This document shows positions 41,330 to 51,060 of a stretch of DNA of 64,000 nucleotides, one piece after another. Below the pieces are notes generated by a model, which was not told where the DNA came from, made no database searches, and worked only from the letters and a program-made list of their open reading frames with translations. A program made the translations under genes and the position numbers. Each line of letters begins with the position of its first letter. The stretch's first letter is position 1. The DNA comes from a bacterium (lineage in GTDB: Bacteria; Zhuqueibacterota; Zhuqueibacteria; Oceanimicrobiales; Oceanimicrobiaceae). The stretch is taken from contig JBHHXN010000002.1 of assembly GCA_046757025.1 (NCBI GenBank), positions 1 to 64,000 of the forward strand, written 5' to 3'.

Positions 41330-41469
41330 AGAATGGCGAGAGAAACCGTCTGATGGAATTTTGCAAATGGGTAAGTCACAAGGAGTGCGTTTCTATATCA
41401 CAAACCGCGTCAGTAAATAGATCAAAAAAATGAAGTTAAAATTGCAAAATGGTACTCCCTTTAAAATCA

Positions 41470-42366
41470 CTAATTTAAAAAAGACACGCCTTTAGGGTCG
41501 ATGCCGACGGTGAGTATTTGCGCAGATATCTGCAATTTGTTTGCAAGCGCTTGCCATTGCGCTGTTAGTTGCGCGGTCTCTTTTGTGCACAAGCCTAAAA
41601 CCGTGGAGCCGGACCCACTGATACAGACCGCCAACGCTCCGGCGTCGTATCCGGCTTGCTCAATTTCATCGAAACCGGGAATCAGTTTTTTACGAAAGGG
41701 TTGGTGGATTTTATCCTGAACCGCAAAGTTTAAAAAACGGAAATCAGCCGTTAAAAAGGCGTGTGCCAGCAGAGCGCTTCTTTGAAGGTTGAAAACCGCA
41801 TCTTTGTGTGAAATGGTACGTGGCAGCACTTTTCGCGCTTGTTCCGTGGAAATGCGCCGGTGGGGGATAAAAAGCACCGCTTTCAATTTTTCAGACACGG
41901 GGACTTTTTGGGTTAAAACCGATTCGTTCTCTACACAGTTTATAGTCAAACCGCCGTAAAGCGATGCCGCTGCGTTTTCCGGATGGCCTTCGATTTGATT
42001 GGCCAGGTTTAAAAGCTCGCAATCGTTCAAATTTATTCCGGCGACTTTTGCACCCGTCACCAGTCCGGCAATGGCGGCGGCGCCGCTGCTTCCCAGTCCC
42101 CTGAACAGTGGAATCTCGTTGACAATTTCGATGCGCACGGGAGGAACGGATTTAGGGCTTTTTTCGAAAACAAGTCGGAAGGCTTTGTAAATGAGATTGT
42201 CCGCGTTGGTGGGAATTTCTCCGCAGCCTTCCCCGGCAACGTGAATTTGAAGATCGCGGCCGGTGGTCTCCATCTGCACGGTGAGATACAACTGCAGAGC
42301 CAAACCGAAGCAATCAAATCCCGAGCCTAAATTCGAGGTCGAAGCCGGAACGCGAACTCTAATCAT
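41470..42366 (-). CDS. thrB: Homoserine kinase
   Basis: 'VPASTSNLGSGFD', 'IPLFRGLGSSG', 'EGHPEN', 'HQPFR', 'ISGSGST'. Confidence 0.95.
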   Translation of the reverse strand: MIRVRVPASTSNLGSGFDCFGLALQLYLTVQMETTGRDLQIHVAGEGCGEIPTNADNLIYKAFRLVFEKSPKSVPPVRIEIVNEIPLFRGLGSSGAAAIAGLVTGAKVAGINLNDCELLNLANQIEGHPENAAASLYGGLTINCVENESVLTQKVPVSEKLKAVLFIPHRRISTEQARKVLPRTISHKDAVFNLQRSALLAHAFLTADFRFLNFAVQDKIHQPFRKKLIPGFDEIEQAGYDAGALAVCISGSGSTVLGLCTKETAQLTAQWQALANKLQISAQILTVGIDPKGVSFLN

Positions 42367-42943
42367 TTTTTAGCGATTGACGGCTGCCGGGTTTCACCAG
42401 AGCCCGGCCCTTTTTACAAAGTTCACATTGCGATGGCGGCATGGTCTTGATGTTCAATGCGATTAGAGAAAACATTTCGACTTCAAAATCAACCTGGCCG
42501 CTGCTTCTGTCCACTAAACAACCGACCCCCACCGGCAAACCTCGGTGCTTTTTCACCAACTGCAGCACTTCCTTCACCGAGCCACCGGTGGTTACGACAT
42601 CCTCAACGACTAGGACTCTTTCCTGGGGGAAAATTTCAAAGCCCCGGCGCAGGGCCATTTGACCGTTTTCTCGTTCAGCAAACAACACCCGTACTCCAAG
42701 CGCACGGCCGACTTCATGCGCCACGACAATGCCGCCAATGGCCGGCGCAATAACTGCTGAGATTTCCGATTCTGCGAAATGACTGGCTATTTCTGAGCAT
42801 AAATTTTCAGCCCGGTGCGGATATTGCATTACGCGCGCACATTGAAAATACTGCTCGCTGTGTAAACCGGATGTGAGCAGAAAATGACCGTTCAACAGCG
42901 CGCCGGTCTCAGAAAATAATTTCAGAATCTCTGCTTGCTGCAT
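42359..42943 (-). CDS. pyrE: Orotate phosphoribosyltransferase
   Basis: 'GHFLLTSGLHS', 'VVEDVVTTGGS', 'KPGSR'. Confidence 0.95.
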   Translation of the reverse strand: MQQAEILKLFSETGALLNGHFLLTSGLHSEQYFQCARVMQYPHRAENLCSEIASHFAESEISAVIAPAIGGIVVAHEVGRALGVRVLFAERENGQMALRRGFEIFPQERVLVVEDVVTTGGSVKEVLQLVKKHRGLPVGVGCLVDRSSGQVDFEVEMFSLIALNIKTMPPSQCELCKKGRALVKPGSRQSLKND

Positions 42944-42955
42944 GGAAAAATCTAA

Positions 42956-43774
42956 TCACCTTTTGGTCTTTCGAACTTTATTGATTGTTTCTTTTATGTA
43001 CTCTGCTTCTCGGGCCGCGGCCTCCGCAAAATCATCGCCGCTGGAGCAATAAATGATGCTGCGGCTGAAATTAAAAATCGCCATCTCGCCTGCAGAGTCG
43101 GTTCCACCCAAGACAGCCGCTTCTAAGTCACCGCCTTGCGCGCCAAGACCGGGGACTAACAAGGGCAGATCGGGCGCCGCCTTTCTGATGGCAGACAGCT
43201 CCGCCACGTGAGTCGCCCCCGCTACAATCGCACAATTTTGCCGGGTGTTCCAAGATTTCACTTTGTTCAGCACCTCCATATAAAGCGGCTGACGGCCATC
43301 TGAGAAATATTGAAAATCTTGGGCGCCGGGATTCGAAGTTAAACATAAAATAATCGCGCCTTTTTCTGACCAGTTCAAAAACGGTTCCACGGCGTCCTGT
43401 CCCAAATAGGGATTGACCGTGACCGCATCAAAATCGAGACACTCTAAAATCGCTTTGGCGTACATTTCTGAAGACGTGCCGATATCGGCGCGCTTAGCAT
43501 CGGCTATCCTGAGGATATCAGGCGGAAAAACATCCATCAATTTTTCCAGTACCCGCCAACCCCTTGAACCCTCGGCTTCAAAGAAAGCCAGGTTCAGTTT
43601 AAATGCGGAGGCCATTTGCTGGGTACTGTTAATGATAGCCACACAAAAATCAAAAAACGGCTCCGGACGCGATTTTACCGCTTGCGGCATACGTTTCCAG
43701 ACCGGATCGAGCCCCACGCAAAGCAAACTATTTTTTTTCCTGGTAACTTCTAAAAATCTTTGTCGAAAGTTCAT
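42956..43774 (-). CDS. pyrF: Orotidine-5'-phosphate decarboxylase
   Basis: 'LCVGLDP', 'DAKRADIG', 'TVNPYLG', 'TSNPG', 'PGLGAQGG'. Confidence 0.95.
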   Translation of the reverse strand: MNFRQRFLEVTRKKNSLLCVGLDPVWKRMPQAVKSRPEPFFDFCVAIINSTQQMASAFKLNLAFFEAEGSRGWRVLEKLMDVFPPDILRIADAKRADIGTSSEMYAKAILECLDFDAVTVNPYLGQDAVEPFLNWSEKGAIILCLTSNPGAQDFQYFSDGRQPLYMEVLNKVKSWNTRQNCAIVAGATHVAELSAIRKAAPDLPLLVPGLGAQGGDLEAAVLGGTDSAGEMAIFNFSRSIIYCSSGDDFAEAAAREAEYIKETINKVRKTKR

Positions 43775-43805
43775 ACGACTCCTTCCATCCGTTTCCTGAA
43801 TCCGC

Positions 43806-44738
43806 TCAATTATAAAAATCCGGATGATGATACGTTTTTTCTCCAGCCAGAATTTTTATGGGCAGTCGGTTTTGTTCTGGCGGTAAAGGACAGGTTGCAA
43901 ACGGGGTAAACACACAGGGGGGATTATAAGCTTTGTTAAAATCTATAACGGTTTTACCGGTGGAGTCGGGTTTTTCAACATAGAGAAACCGCCCGCCGCC
44001 ATAGGTTTCTTTGCCTGTCGTCCTATCTCCGAAAACCACAAACAGTCTCCCGTCTGCATTTGCACTGATGGCGTCTAATCGGTAGGCTTGAGCGTTTATT
44101 TTAAATTCCAACGTGCCGGGGGACTCGGCTTCATTGATTGTCCCAATAATATTGGGCACCGATATCCGCTTGGGTGGATCATGGCGAATCAATTTTGCTG
44201 GCAAGCGCCAGGTGGCGTCGATTGGAAAGGAATCGATACCATGAAACTCGGCAATTTGCGTACTGTTTAAGTCGCGTAAACGAATGCCGATCCGCTCTCC
44301 GCGTTTAATGACGTACCATCGCAAGGAACCGTAGGACAAAACCGTGGGCCTCCCTTCCTGATCATTGGTCATGGTCATGTTTTGTACTGGTTGACCGTTG
44401 TGCAGCACTTGCAGGCCGGGGGAAATTTGAACCACTACCACACCCTCGTTGAGAATGAAAACACCTAATTTTTCCGGAGCTTTCTCTTTTTGAAAAACCA
44501 GGTCATTTTCAGAGCTGGCACCAAAGGTGTTGCGGCCCTCCTTCAACCAAAATAATCCAGCCAAATTCAGCCAGCCGGTTTCGCTCTTCAAGCTTTCCAG
44601 GCGAGCTTCTCGCCACGTTTGAATTTCATTGGCGTATTCAGGATCGGCGTTTTGTTGGGTCGTGGGCGAGGTACAGTTAAAAAGGAACGAGCTCAGGATG
44701 AGAAAGATGAATTTCAGTGGAGAAGTAAACATTTTCAC
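43806..44738 (-). CDS. DUF1684-family lipoprotein
   Basis: 'GWLNLAGLFWL', 'TYGGGRFL', 'DFNKAYNPPC.F..FATCPLPP.QN'. Confidence 0.9.
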   Translation of the reverse strand: MKMFTSPLKFIFLILSSFLFNCTSPTTQQNADPEYANEIQTWREARLESLKSETGWLNLAGLFWLKEGRNTFGASSENDLVFQKEKAPEKLGVFILNEGVVVVQISPGLQVLHNGQPVQNMTMTNDQEGRPTVLSYGSLRWYVIKRGERIGIRLRDLNSTQIAEFHGIDSFPIDATWRLPAKLIRHDPPKRISVPNIIGTINEAESPGTLEFKINAQAYRLDAISANADGRLFVVFGDRTTGKETYGGGRFLYVEKPDSTGKTVIDFNKAYNPPCVFTPFATCPLPPEQNRLPIKILAGEKTYHHPDFYN

Positions 44739-44792
44739 AGGCTCACCTCATTAAGAAATATAGTGTTTCAGAAAATCGTTACTTTTATTCGC

Positions 44793-44953
44793 CTAGTGTC
44801 TGAACAAAGACTCGAAAGATGCACGATTTCTAAACCTCTTCGTGAAGGCGTCCCTTCGACAAGGCTCAGGACAGACCCCGCCGAGCTAAGCAGGGATTAA
44901 CCCTCGGCGAGGAGGCCTACGGGAAGATCAGATAGTTTTCGTTCAGACACTAA
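44793..44953 (-). repeat. Structured TIR element family, copy D (best preserved, with nested insert)
   Basis: Perfect 12-bp TIR TAGTGTCTGAAC / GTTCAGACACTA. The core is the reverse complement of copies A-C; insert GTCCCTTCGACAAGGCTCAGGAC. Confidence 0.9.
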
Positions 44954-45156
44954 TTATGCATTCCTTGTTTTGACTAAATTTAAACATATTTCATAAATTG
45001 TCAATTGAATAGCCGGCTTTTTTTCTTTACTTGTTAATTATTTTTTCTTATTTTCAAACCATCATTCTACGCATGACCCATCTCACCGAACCCAATGTTA
45101 AGTCGCTCGAGTTCATCTGATCGACAATCAATTTAAATCTAACTCGGAGGGAGTAA

Positions 45157-46398
45157 ATGAAATTAAAACTGCACTGGCAAATCCTGATAGCGCTTGTATT
45201 AGGTGTCTTTTTTGGATTTTTATCCCGCAATTTGGACTTCCAACCATTCGTGACCGAAAAAGTGGCGGTTCTGGGCACGATATTTTTGCGTGGTTTACGA
45301 ATGATAATTGTGCCATTAATTATATCTTCCATCATTTCCGGTGTGACCAGCATCGGTTCTGCACAAAGCTTAGGACGGATGGGGCTCAAAACGTTCAGCT
45401 ATTACATCTCGACCAGTCTTTTAGCCATTGTCACCGGCCTCTTCCTGGTAAATCTAATCGCACCCGGCATCGGAGCTCAGGTAGGGCTGGAAGAAACCCC
45501 ACAAGAACTGGCGGCAAATGTTGAAAAACTCGGTGACACGCTTTTGGGTATTATACCAACCAATCCATTAGCAGCAATGGTGAACGGCCAAATGCTGCCA
45601 ATAATCTTCTTCGCATTGCTTTTCGGTTTTTTCATCACTCAAGCCCCGAACCCCTATCGACAGCAATTAACCGATTTGTTTCAGGGCGTATTCGAGGTGA
45701 TGATGAAATTAACGCATTTTATTATTCGTTTTACGCCGGTTGGAGTTTTCGCTCTTATGGCCAAAATTATCGCTCAAACGGGTTTTGATGTGGTTCTGCC
45801 GCTTGCGACCTATATGCTGACAGTTATGGCCGGCCTGCTCATCCATTTCACAATTACCCTGCCACTTTTGCTCTATTTTATTGGCGGTGTTAACCCATTA
45901 GCCCACGCACGGGCTCTTTCCGCCGCGCTTATGACAGCATTTTCAACTTCGTCTTCGTCGGCAACTTTACCCCTCACCATGGATGCCGTAGAAAATAATT
46001 CCGGGGTATCCAACAAAACCACCAGCTTTGTGCTGCCCCTGGGCGCCACCATCAACATGGATGGGACTGCGCTTTATGAGTGTGTCGCCGCGATGTTTAT
46101 TGCGCAAGCATACGGCATCGATCTGTCCGTGGGGCAGCAATTTATCGTCGTATTGACGGCCTTGTTAGCGAGTATCGGGGCAGCCGGGGTGCCCATGGCG
46201 GGACTGGTCATGATCACGATTATCCTCAGCGCAATCGGTTTACCTCTCGAAGGGGTGGGCTTAATCGTGGCTGTGGACCGAATACTTGATATGATGCGAA
46301 CCGCGACAAATGTCTGGAGCGATAGTTGTGGCGCGGTGATTATTGCGAAAACCGAAGGAGAAACGGAGATAAAAGTACTCCGCAAAGCAACCGCTTAA
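45157..46398 (+). CDS. Dicarboxylate/amino acid:cation symporter (DAACS, GltP-like)
   Basis: 'AFSTSSSSATLP', 'PLGATINMDGTA', 'AVDRILDM.RT..N'. Confidence 0.95.
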   Translation: MKLKLHWQILIALVLGVFFGFLSRNLDFQPFVTEKVAVLGTIFLRGLRMIIVPLIISSIISGVTSIGSAQSLGRMGLKTFSYYISTSLLAIVTGLFLVNLIAPGIGAQVGLEETPQELAANVEKLGDTLLGIIPTNPLAAMVNGQMLPIIFFALLFGFFITQAPNPYRQQLTDLFQGVFEVMMKLTHFIIRFTPVGVFALMAKIIAQTGFDVVLPLATYMLTVMAGLLIHFTITLPLLLYFIGGVNPLAHARALSAALMTAFSTSSSSATLPLTMDAVENNSGVSNKTTSFVLPLGATINMDGTALYECVAAMFIAQAYGIDLSVGQQFIVVLTALLASIGAAGVPMAGLVMITIILSAIGLPLEGVGLIVAVDRILDMMRTATNVWSDSCGAVIIAKTEGETEIKVLRKATA

Positions 46399-46439
46399 TG
46401 CATTTTTGTACCGGGTTTTATTAAACTGATTTTCAACTC

Positions 46440-46512
46440 TTCAGCCGTTGGCTGTTAGTCTGCGTCAATAATTTCTCACAGGCAGGCTAAAAGCCAATAG
46501 CCAACGGCTGAA
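46440..46512. repeat. Hairpin element with a REP-like unit in its loop
   Basis: Arms TTCAGCCGTTGGCTG and TAGCCAACGGCTGAA. The loop carries GTCTGCGT..CACAGGCAGG, related to the reverse complement of 29725-29750. The arm GCCGTTGGCTGTTAG also occurs at 29534-29548. Confidence 0.7.
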
Positions 46513-46602
46513 TCGTCACCATAATTTCTATGATTCAATTAAACACAAACTGAGTGTACATAAGAATAGGAATTTTAAATAGCTTTCAGAACCGGGGACT
46601 GC

Positions 46603-47898
46603 GTGAAAATTAAACTACACTGGCAAATCATTATCGGAATGATTCTTGGTTTAGTCTATGGGCTTCTTGCGGCGATCAATGGCTGGAGCGCGTTTACTTC
46701 TAACTGGATTGCACCTTTTGGGAAAATTTTTATCAACCTGCTTAAACTCATCGCGATCCCATTAATTATCGGTTCCTTGATTTCGGGGGTTGCCTCTTTA
46801 TCTGACTTAAAAAAGCTCTACCGTATTGGTGGAAAAACAATCTTTATTTTTATTGCAACCACAGTCATTTCAGTTACCATTGGCCTTCTGATAGTGAATA
46901 TCCTGAAACCCGGAAATAATGTCCCGGAAGAAATGCGTGTAAAACTGCAGGCCGTTTACCAGGCGGATGTCCAAACAAAAGAAGAAGCGGCTGAAAAAGC
47001 CAGAGAACGCGGCCCGCTGCAACCCTTAGTAGATATCGTTCCTGATAACTTTTTTAATTCCGTCTCCAGCAATAGCAACATGTTGCAAGTGGTCTTTTTT
47101 GCCATTTTTGTTGGCGTGGGAATTATTCAAATTTCAGCAGATAAGGTCAAACCTTTTCTCGACTTTTTTAATGGCTTGACCGACGTGGTGATCAAAATGG
47201 TCGACAACATTATGCTCATGGCGCCCATCGGGGTATTTGCCCTGATTGCAGATACCATAAACGTGGTAGCCAAAGACGATCTCTCCGAGGTCGTTGAACT
47301 ATTAAGCGCTTTGGGTTATTATTGCCTGGCGGTGGTTTTAGGTCTCTTAATCCAGACCCTTGTAACCTATCCCGTAATTTTAAAACTCTTCACACCCATG
47401 TCAATCACGACTTTTTTCAGAGGCCTTGGCCCCGCACAAATTCTGGCTTTTTCGACCAGCTCAAGTGGCGCAACCTTGCCGGTCACCATGGAGTGCTGTG
47501 AAAAAAATCTTGGGGTTTCCGAAGAAGTGTCCTCGTTTGTTTTGCCTCTCGGCGCCACCATCAACATGGACGGGACCGCGCTTTTCCAGACCGTTGCGGC
47601 TGTTTTTATTGCTCAAACGCTCGGCTATGGTTTAGATATCGGCGCGCAATTGACCATTATTTTAACAGCCGTTTTAGCTTCCATTGGTACTGCGGCGGTA
47701 CCGGGAGCGGGTGTCATCATGCTGGTGATTATCTTAGAGGCCATAAATGTACCCAGTGCGGGCATTGCCCTCATCCTGGGAGTGGATCGTATTTTAGATA
47801 TGTGCAGAACGGTACCCAACATTACCGGGGATGCCACCGTTGCCACCACCGTTGCCGCTACCGAAGGACAGTTGGGGGCTCCTAATCCCAATGCATGA
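46603..47898 (+). CDS. Second DAACS-family symporter
   Basis: 'AFSTSSSGATLP', 'PLGATINMDGTA', 'GVDRILDMCRT'; GTG start. Confidence 0.95.
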   Translation: MKIKLHWQIIIGMILGLVYGLLAAINGWSAFTSNWIAPFGKIFINLLKLIAIPLIIGSLISGVASLSDLKKLYRIGGKTIFIFIATTVISVTIGLLIVNILKPGNNVPEEMRVKLQAVYQADVQTKEEAAEKARERGPLQPLVDIVPDNFFNSVSSNSNMLQVVFFAIFVGVGIIQISADKVKPFLDFFNGLTDVVIKMVDNIMLMAPIGVFALIADTINVVAKDDLSEVVELLSALGYYCLAVVLGLLIQTLVTYPVILKLFTPMSITTFFRGLGPAQILAFSTSSSGATLPVTMECCEKNLGVSEEVSSFVLPLGATINMDGTALFQTVAAVFIAQTLGYGLDIGAQLTIILTAVLASIGTAAVPGAGVIMLVIILEAINVPSAGIALILGVDRILDMCRTVPNITGDATVATTVAATEGQLGAPNPNA

Positions 47899-48805
47899 AC
47901 AAGTTATCAGCGGTAATATGATAGAACAGTGGTTTGCCGCGGGTGTACCTTTACGGGTTGAAATGGTCGATCGTTTCAAGGTCAAGAACTCCCGCACCTA
48001 CAATATCTTTCAACGTGTCGCAGGCACAGGCCCCTGGTTAACGTTTTTGCACGGCTATCCAACCTGTTCCTGGGATTGGCATAATCTGGTTTCCCCCCTC
48101 AAAAAGCACTTTCGCTTGCTGATGTTCGATTTTCTTGGTTTTGGGTTCTCGGAAAAGCCGCACAATCACCACTACAGCATTCTTGAACAGGCTGACATCA
48201 CTGTGGCGATCTGGAAAACGCACAATATAAAAAAAACCAGTTTAATTGCTCACAATTATGGGGATACGGTGGCGCTGGAATTGTTAAGCCGTCAGCAAGA
48301 AGGATTACTCAAAACACAGATTGACAAAGTCATCCTCTTGAACGGCGGGGTTTACGTCGATTACCAGCATCCGCTGCTTATTCAAAGATTACTAAAAATG
48401 CCGGCGGTCGGTACGGTCTTTTCACGGTTTCTCAACCAGCGCATTTTTTACAATCGGTTTGCATCGATATTTTCCAGAGCTCACCCCATTTCAGAAGTGG
48501 AGATCGAACAATATTGGCACGCCATTAAACATCAGAACGGACATAAAATTAATCATCGATTGATTCGATATTTAAATGAAAGAAAAAAATACCAGCATCG
48601 CTGGGAAGATGTCCTGGAAAACACACCCGTTCCCACCCATTTTATCTGGGGTTTGGAAGATCCCGTCTCCGGTCGCGACATTTTGAACCAAATCATTCAA
48701 CGCATGCCACACGCAGACGCCTTAACTCTGCCCGATGTAGGACACTATCCTCAACTGGAAGTCCCGCATGTTGTGGCAAATGCGATATTGAAAAAATTGG
48801 CCTGA
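47891..48805 (+). CDS. Alpha/beta hydrolase (epoxide hydrolase/MEST-like)
   Basis: 'LHGYPT', 'DFLGFGFSEKP', 'AHNYGD', 'WG.EDP', 'GHYPQLE'. Likely start ATG 47891, overlapping the upstream stop. Confidence 0.88.
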   Translation: MHEQVISGNMIEQWFAAGVPLRVEMVDRFKVKNSRTYNIFQRVAGTGPWLTFLHGYPTCSWDWHNLVSPLKKHFRLLMFDFLGFGFSEKPHNHHYSILEQADITVAIWKTHNIKKTSLIAHNYGDTVALELLSRQQEGLLKTQIDKVILLNGGVYVDYQHPLLIQRLLKMPAVGTVFSRFLNQRIFYNRFASIFSRAHPISEVEIEQYWHAIKHQNGHKINHRLIRYLNERKKYQHRWEDVLENTPVPTHFIWGLEDPVSGRDILNQIIQRMPHADALTLPDVGHYPQLEVPHVVANAILKKLA

Positions 48806-48818
48806 AAAAGCATTGCAG

Positions 48819-48851
48819 AAAAAAGGCTTGCCTTTCTCAGACAAGCCTTTT
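48819..48851. terminator. Bidirectional intrinsic terminator
   Basis: AAAAGGCTTG..CAAGCCTTTT between convergent genes. Confidence 0.7.
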
Positions 48852-48885
48852 GATTGAATGGATCTAAAAATATTTTCGGTTTTAA

Positions 48886-50463
48886 TTATCTGCCATTTGT
48901 TGACTGCGGCGGTCTTTGTGGTTCCGGCAAGGGTTTGCGCGGCAGTTTTTCATCGCGCATGGCAGTATGATAAACAAATGACGCCATGATGATCGAAGCT
49001 TGAATTAAGTCGCTTTTTTCCGCATTATCATAGACATCCATATTGGTGTGGTGAGTACGGTTCATGTAATTGAGCGGATCTTGAATAAACTGGAAGCCGG
49101 GTAATCCGACAGCATCAAACGCCAGATGGTCTGTGCCGCCGGTGTTGCGAATGGTAACCGTATTCGCGCCCATATCATGAAATGGCTTTAGAAATGCTTC
49201 AAAAACAGGCCGCACCGCGTCATTCCCTTGCAGGTAAACGCCTCTGATTTTTCCCGAACCATTGTCCAGATTATAATAAGCAGAAAACTTTTCCCACTCT
49301 GGTTTTAAACTCATGGTTTTTCTATCGCCAAAATGTTTCTCGACGTATCCCCGCGACCCTAATAGCCCTTGCTCTTCTCCGCCCCACAGAGCAACTCGGA
49401 TGGTACGGCGTGGTTTCACACCAATGGCTTTTAATATGCGAACGGCCTCCATGGCTACCACGCAACCAGCGGCATCATCCGTAGCCCCGGTGCCAGCGTG
49501 CCAGGAATCCAGATGGCCGCCCAGCATAACCACTTCGTTCTTAAGCTTTTTGTCCGTGCCCGGTATTTCAGCCACCACATTGTATCCTAAAGAATCATCG
49601 TCGAAAAATTTATTTTGAATGTTTATTTGCAATTTTACCTCGTTACCGTTTTCAAGCAGCCGGGCAATTCGTGAATAATGCTCAATGGCCACCACCAAAG
49701 CCGGCAACACTGGCTCGGAGTTCATTTTGTAAGAACCGCCGCTGCCGACTCGAACCGTACCATGTTCTCTTTGACTGGGCTCTAAAATGACTTCGACGCC
49801 TTCTTCGAGCAAAAATTTGGTGGTTTTAGTGCGCAATGCCCGCCTCTTTCTGAATTCAGCTCTCCGCGCCCACCACGATGGACGCTCACCCGGAACAGGC
49901 GCCCGCAGCAATTTTGCCAGATCTTCTTCAGAGTGTCGTTTCGCATCCGGCTCAAAATGGGTTTCGGACTCTCGCGGTTCTTGCGTCATAACAATTGCCC
50001 CCATTAACTTACCTTTGTATTTCTCGAAATCATCTTCTGAATCGATTTTTAACAGAATGGGTTTGCCGGAAACCGTGCCCTTGGTGCCTGGCGTCCAGGC
50101 TTTGGGATGAGCAATGATGTTCATGTATTGCGGCTCCAGCATTTCAATTGAATAGCGTTCAGCGGCCCACCCCCGGCCGAAGGTTCCCCACGGTTCCAGT
50201 TTAGCGTTCACCAATCCCCACTCGGTCAACTTATCCACACACCACTGAGCCGAAGTCCAGTAATTGGGTGAATTGGTTAAACGCGGACCATACAAATCAG
50301 TCAAATACATCAAAGACTCCATCACCTCCGAATTTTCGGTCCCCTCCTTTTTTATTTCCGAGATGATTTTTAAATCCACAGGTTCATTTGCCAAGAGCAA
50401 AGAAAGTGTCGAAAACATGACAACGATCACAATGAAATTGAACCGTCTTTTCTCCATTTCCAT
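48886..50463 (-). CDS. M28-family metallopeptidase (carboxypeptidase Q-like)
   Basis: 'GPRLT.SP', 'GGHLDSW..GTGATD', 'GEEQGLLGS', 'GGTDH', 'HHTNMD'. Confidence 0.92.
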   Translation of the reverse strand: MEMEKRRFNFIVIVVMFSTLSLLLANEPVDLKIISEIKKEGTENSEVMESLMYLTDLYGPRLTNSPNYWTSAQWCVDKLTEWGLVNAKLEPWGTFGRGWAAERYSIEMLEPQYMNIIAHPKAWTPGTKGTVSGKPILLKIDSEDDFEKYKGKLMGAIVMTQEPRESETHFEPDAKRHSEEDLAKLLRAPVPGERPSWWARRAEFRKRRALRTKTTKFLLEEGVEVILEPSQREHGTVRVGSGGSYKMNSEPVLPALVVAIEHYSRIARLLENGNEVKLQINIQNKFFDDDSLGYNVVAEIPGTDKKLKNEVVMLGGHLDSWHAGTGATDDAAGCVVAMEAVRILKAIGVKPRRTIRVALWGGEEQGLLGSRGYVEKHFGDRKTMSLKPEWEKFSAYYNLDNGSGKIRGVYLQGNDAVRPVFEAFLKPFHDMGANTVTIRNTGGTDHLAFDAVGLPGFQFIQDPLNYMNRTHHTNMDVYDNAEKSDLIQASIIMASFVYHTAMRDEKLPRKPLPEPQRPPQSTNGR

Positions 50464-50479
50464 TCTCCTTGATTAGATT

Positions 50480-51060
50480 GGTAGGGTAATTGATTAATAT
50501 GTTCGCAACGTGGAAAATTAGTCTATAATTTAAAAAAAAATAAGTGATTTCCAAATGCTTTTTATAGGGAGAACGATTAGCCTCAACGTGATTTCCAAAC
50601 GGCTGATTTTCATACACCGAAAGTTTTCAACAACATGTTGGCAAAATGTGGATAACTTTGGGATAACATTCTAAATCGTCCCATTTATTGAAAAAAATTA
50701 ATTTGTCTTAAAAATTCAACTTCTTGCGAATTGTCATTAAAAATATAAAGAGTTGAACAAAAAAAGGATTTCGATAATGTCTGTTGACCGTTAACTACTT
50801 AATTTAAACAACTTATAGCTATTTATTATTGTGTGCCCAAGGTTCAAATATAATATTATCAATGCCAGTCGTTTGCGGGATAAGATCTAAAATATCTTTT
50901 CCGTTACAACATTTGTTTTTGCTATTCACGATGAACTGATCATAAAATTGTGGATAACTCTTCGTGTTCTTACGAATTTTGTAAATTTTTTACCGTATTT
51001 ATTTTTTGTTCGATGGTCGCAGGTAGTAAGTGTAAAAATACCCAAACATTTTTAGTTTAA
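50480..51060. other. AT-rich DnaA-box cluster (candidate oriC)
   Basis: Perfect TGTGGATAA at 50647-50655 and 50949-50957, plus degenerate boxes (TTGGGATAA 50658-50666, TTTTCAACA, CGTGGAAAA), in an about 800-bp AT-rich gap. Confidence 0.5.

Noticed and set aside
44880..44930. HDV-like ribozyme suggested by GGCCTCCTCGCC in copy D
   Set aside because: The motif varies in the other copies (CCTCCCGGCC, CCTCCAGGAC), and I could not build the nested double pseudoknot. A simple hairpin explains it.
45157..47898. Tandem DAACS genes (and tandem MATEs) as a recent duplication or novel system
   Set aside because: The pairs are quite divergent, sharing only family motifs, and such paralogue pairs are common.
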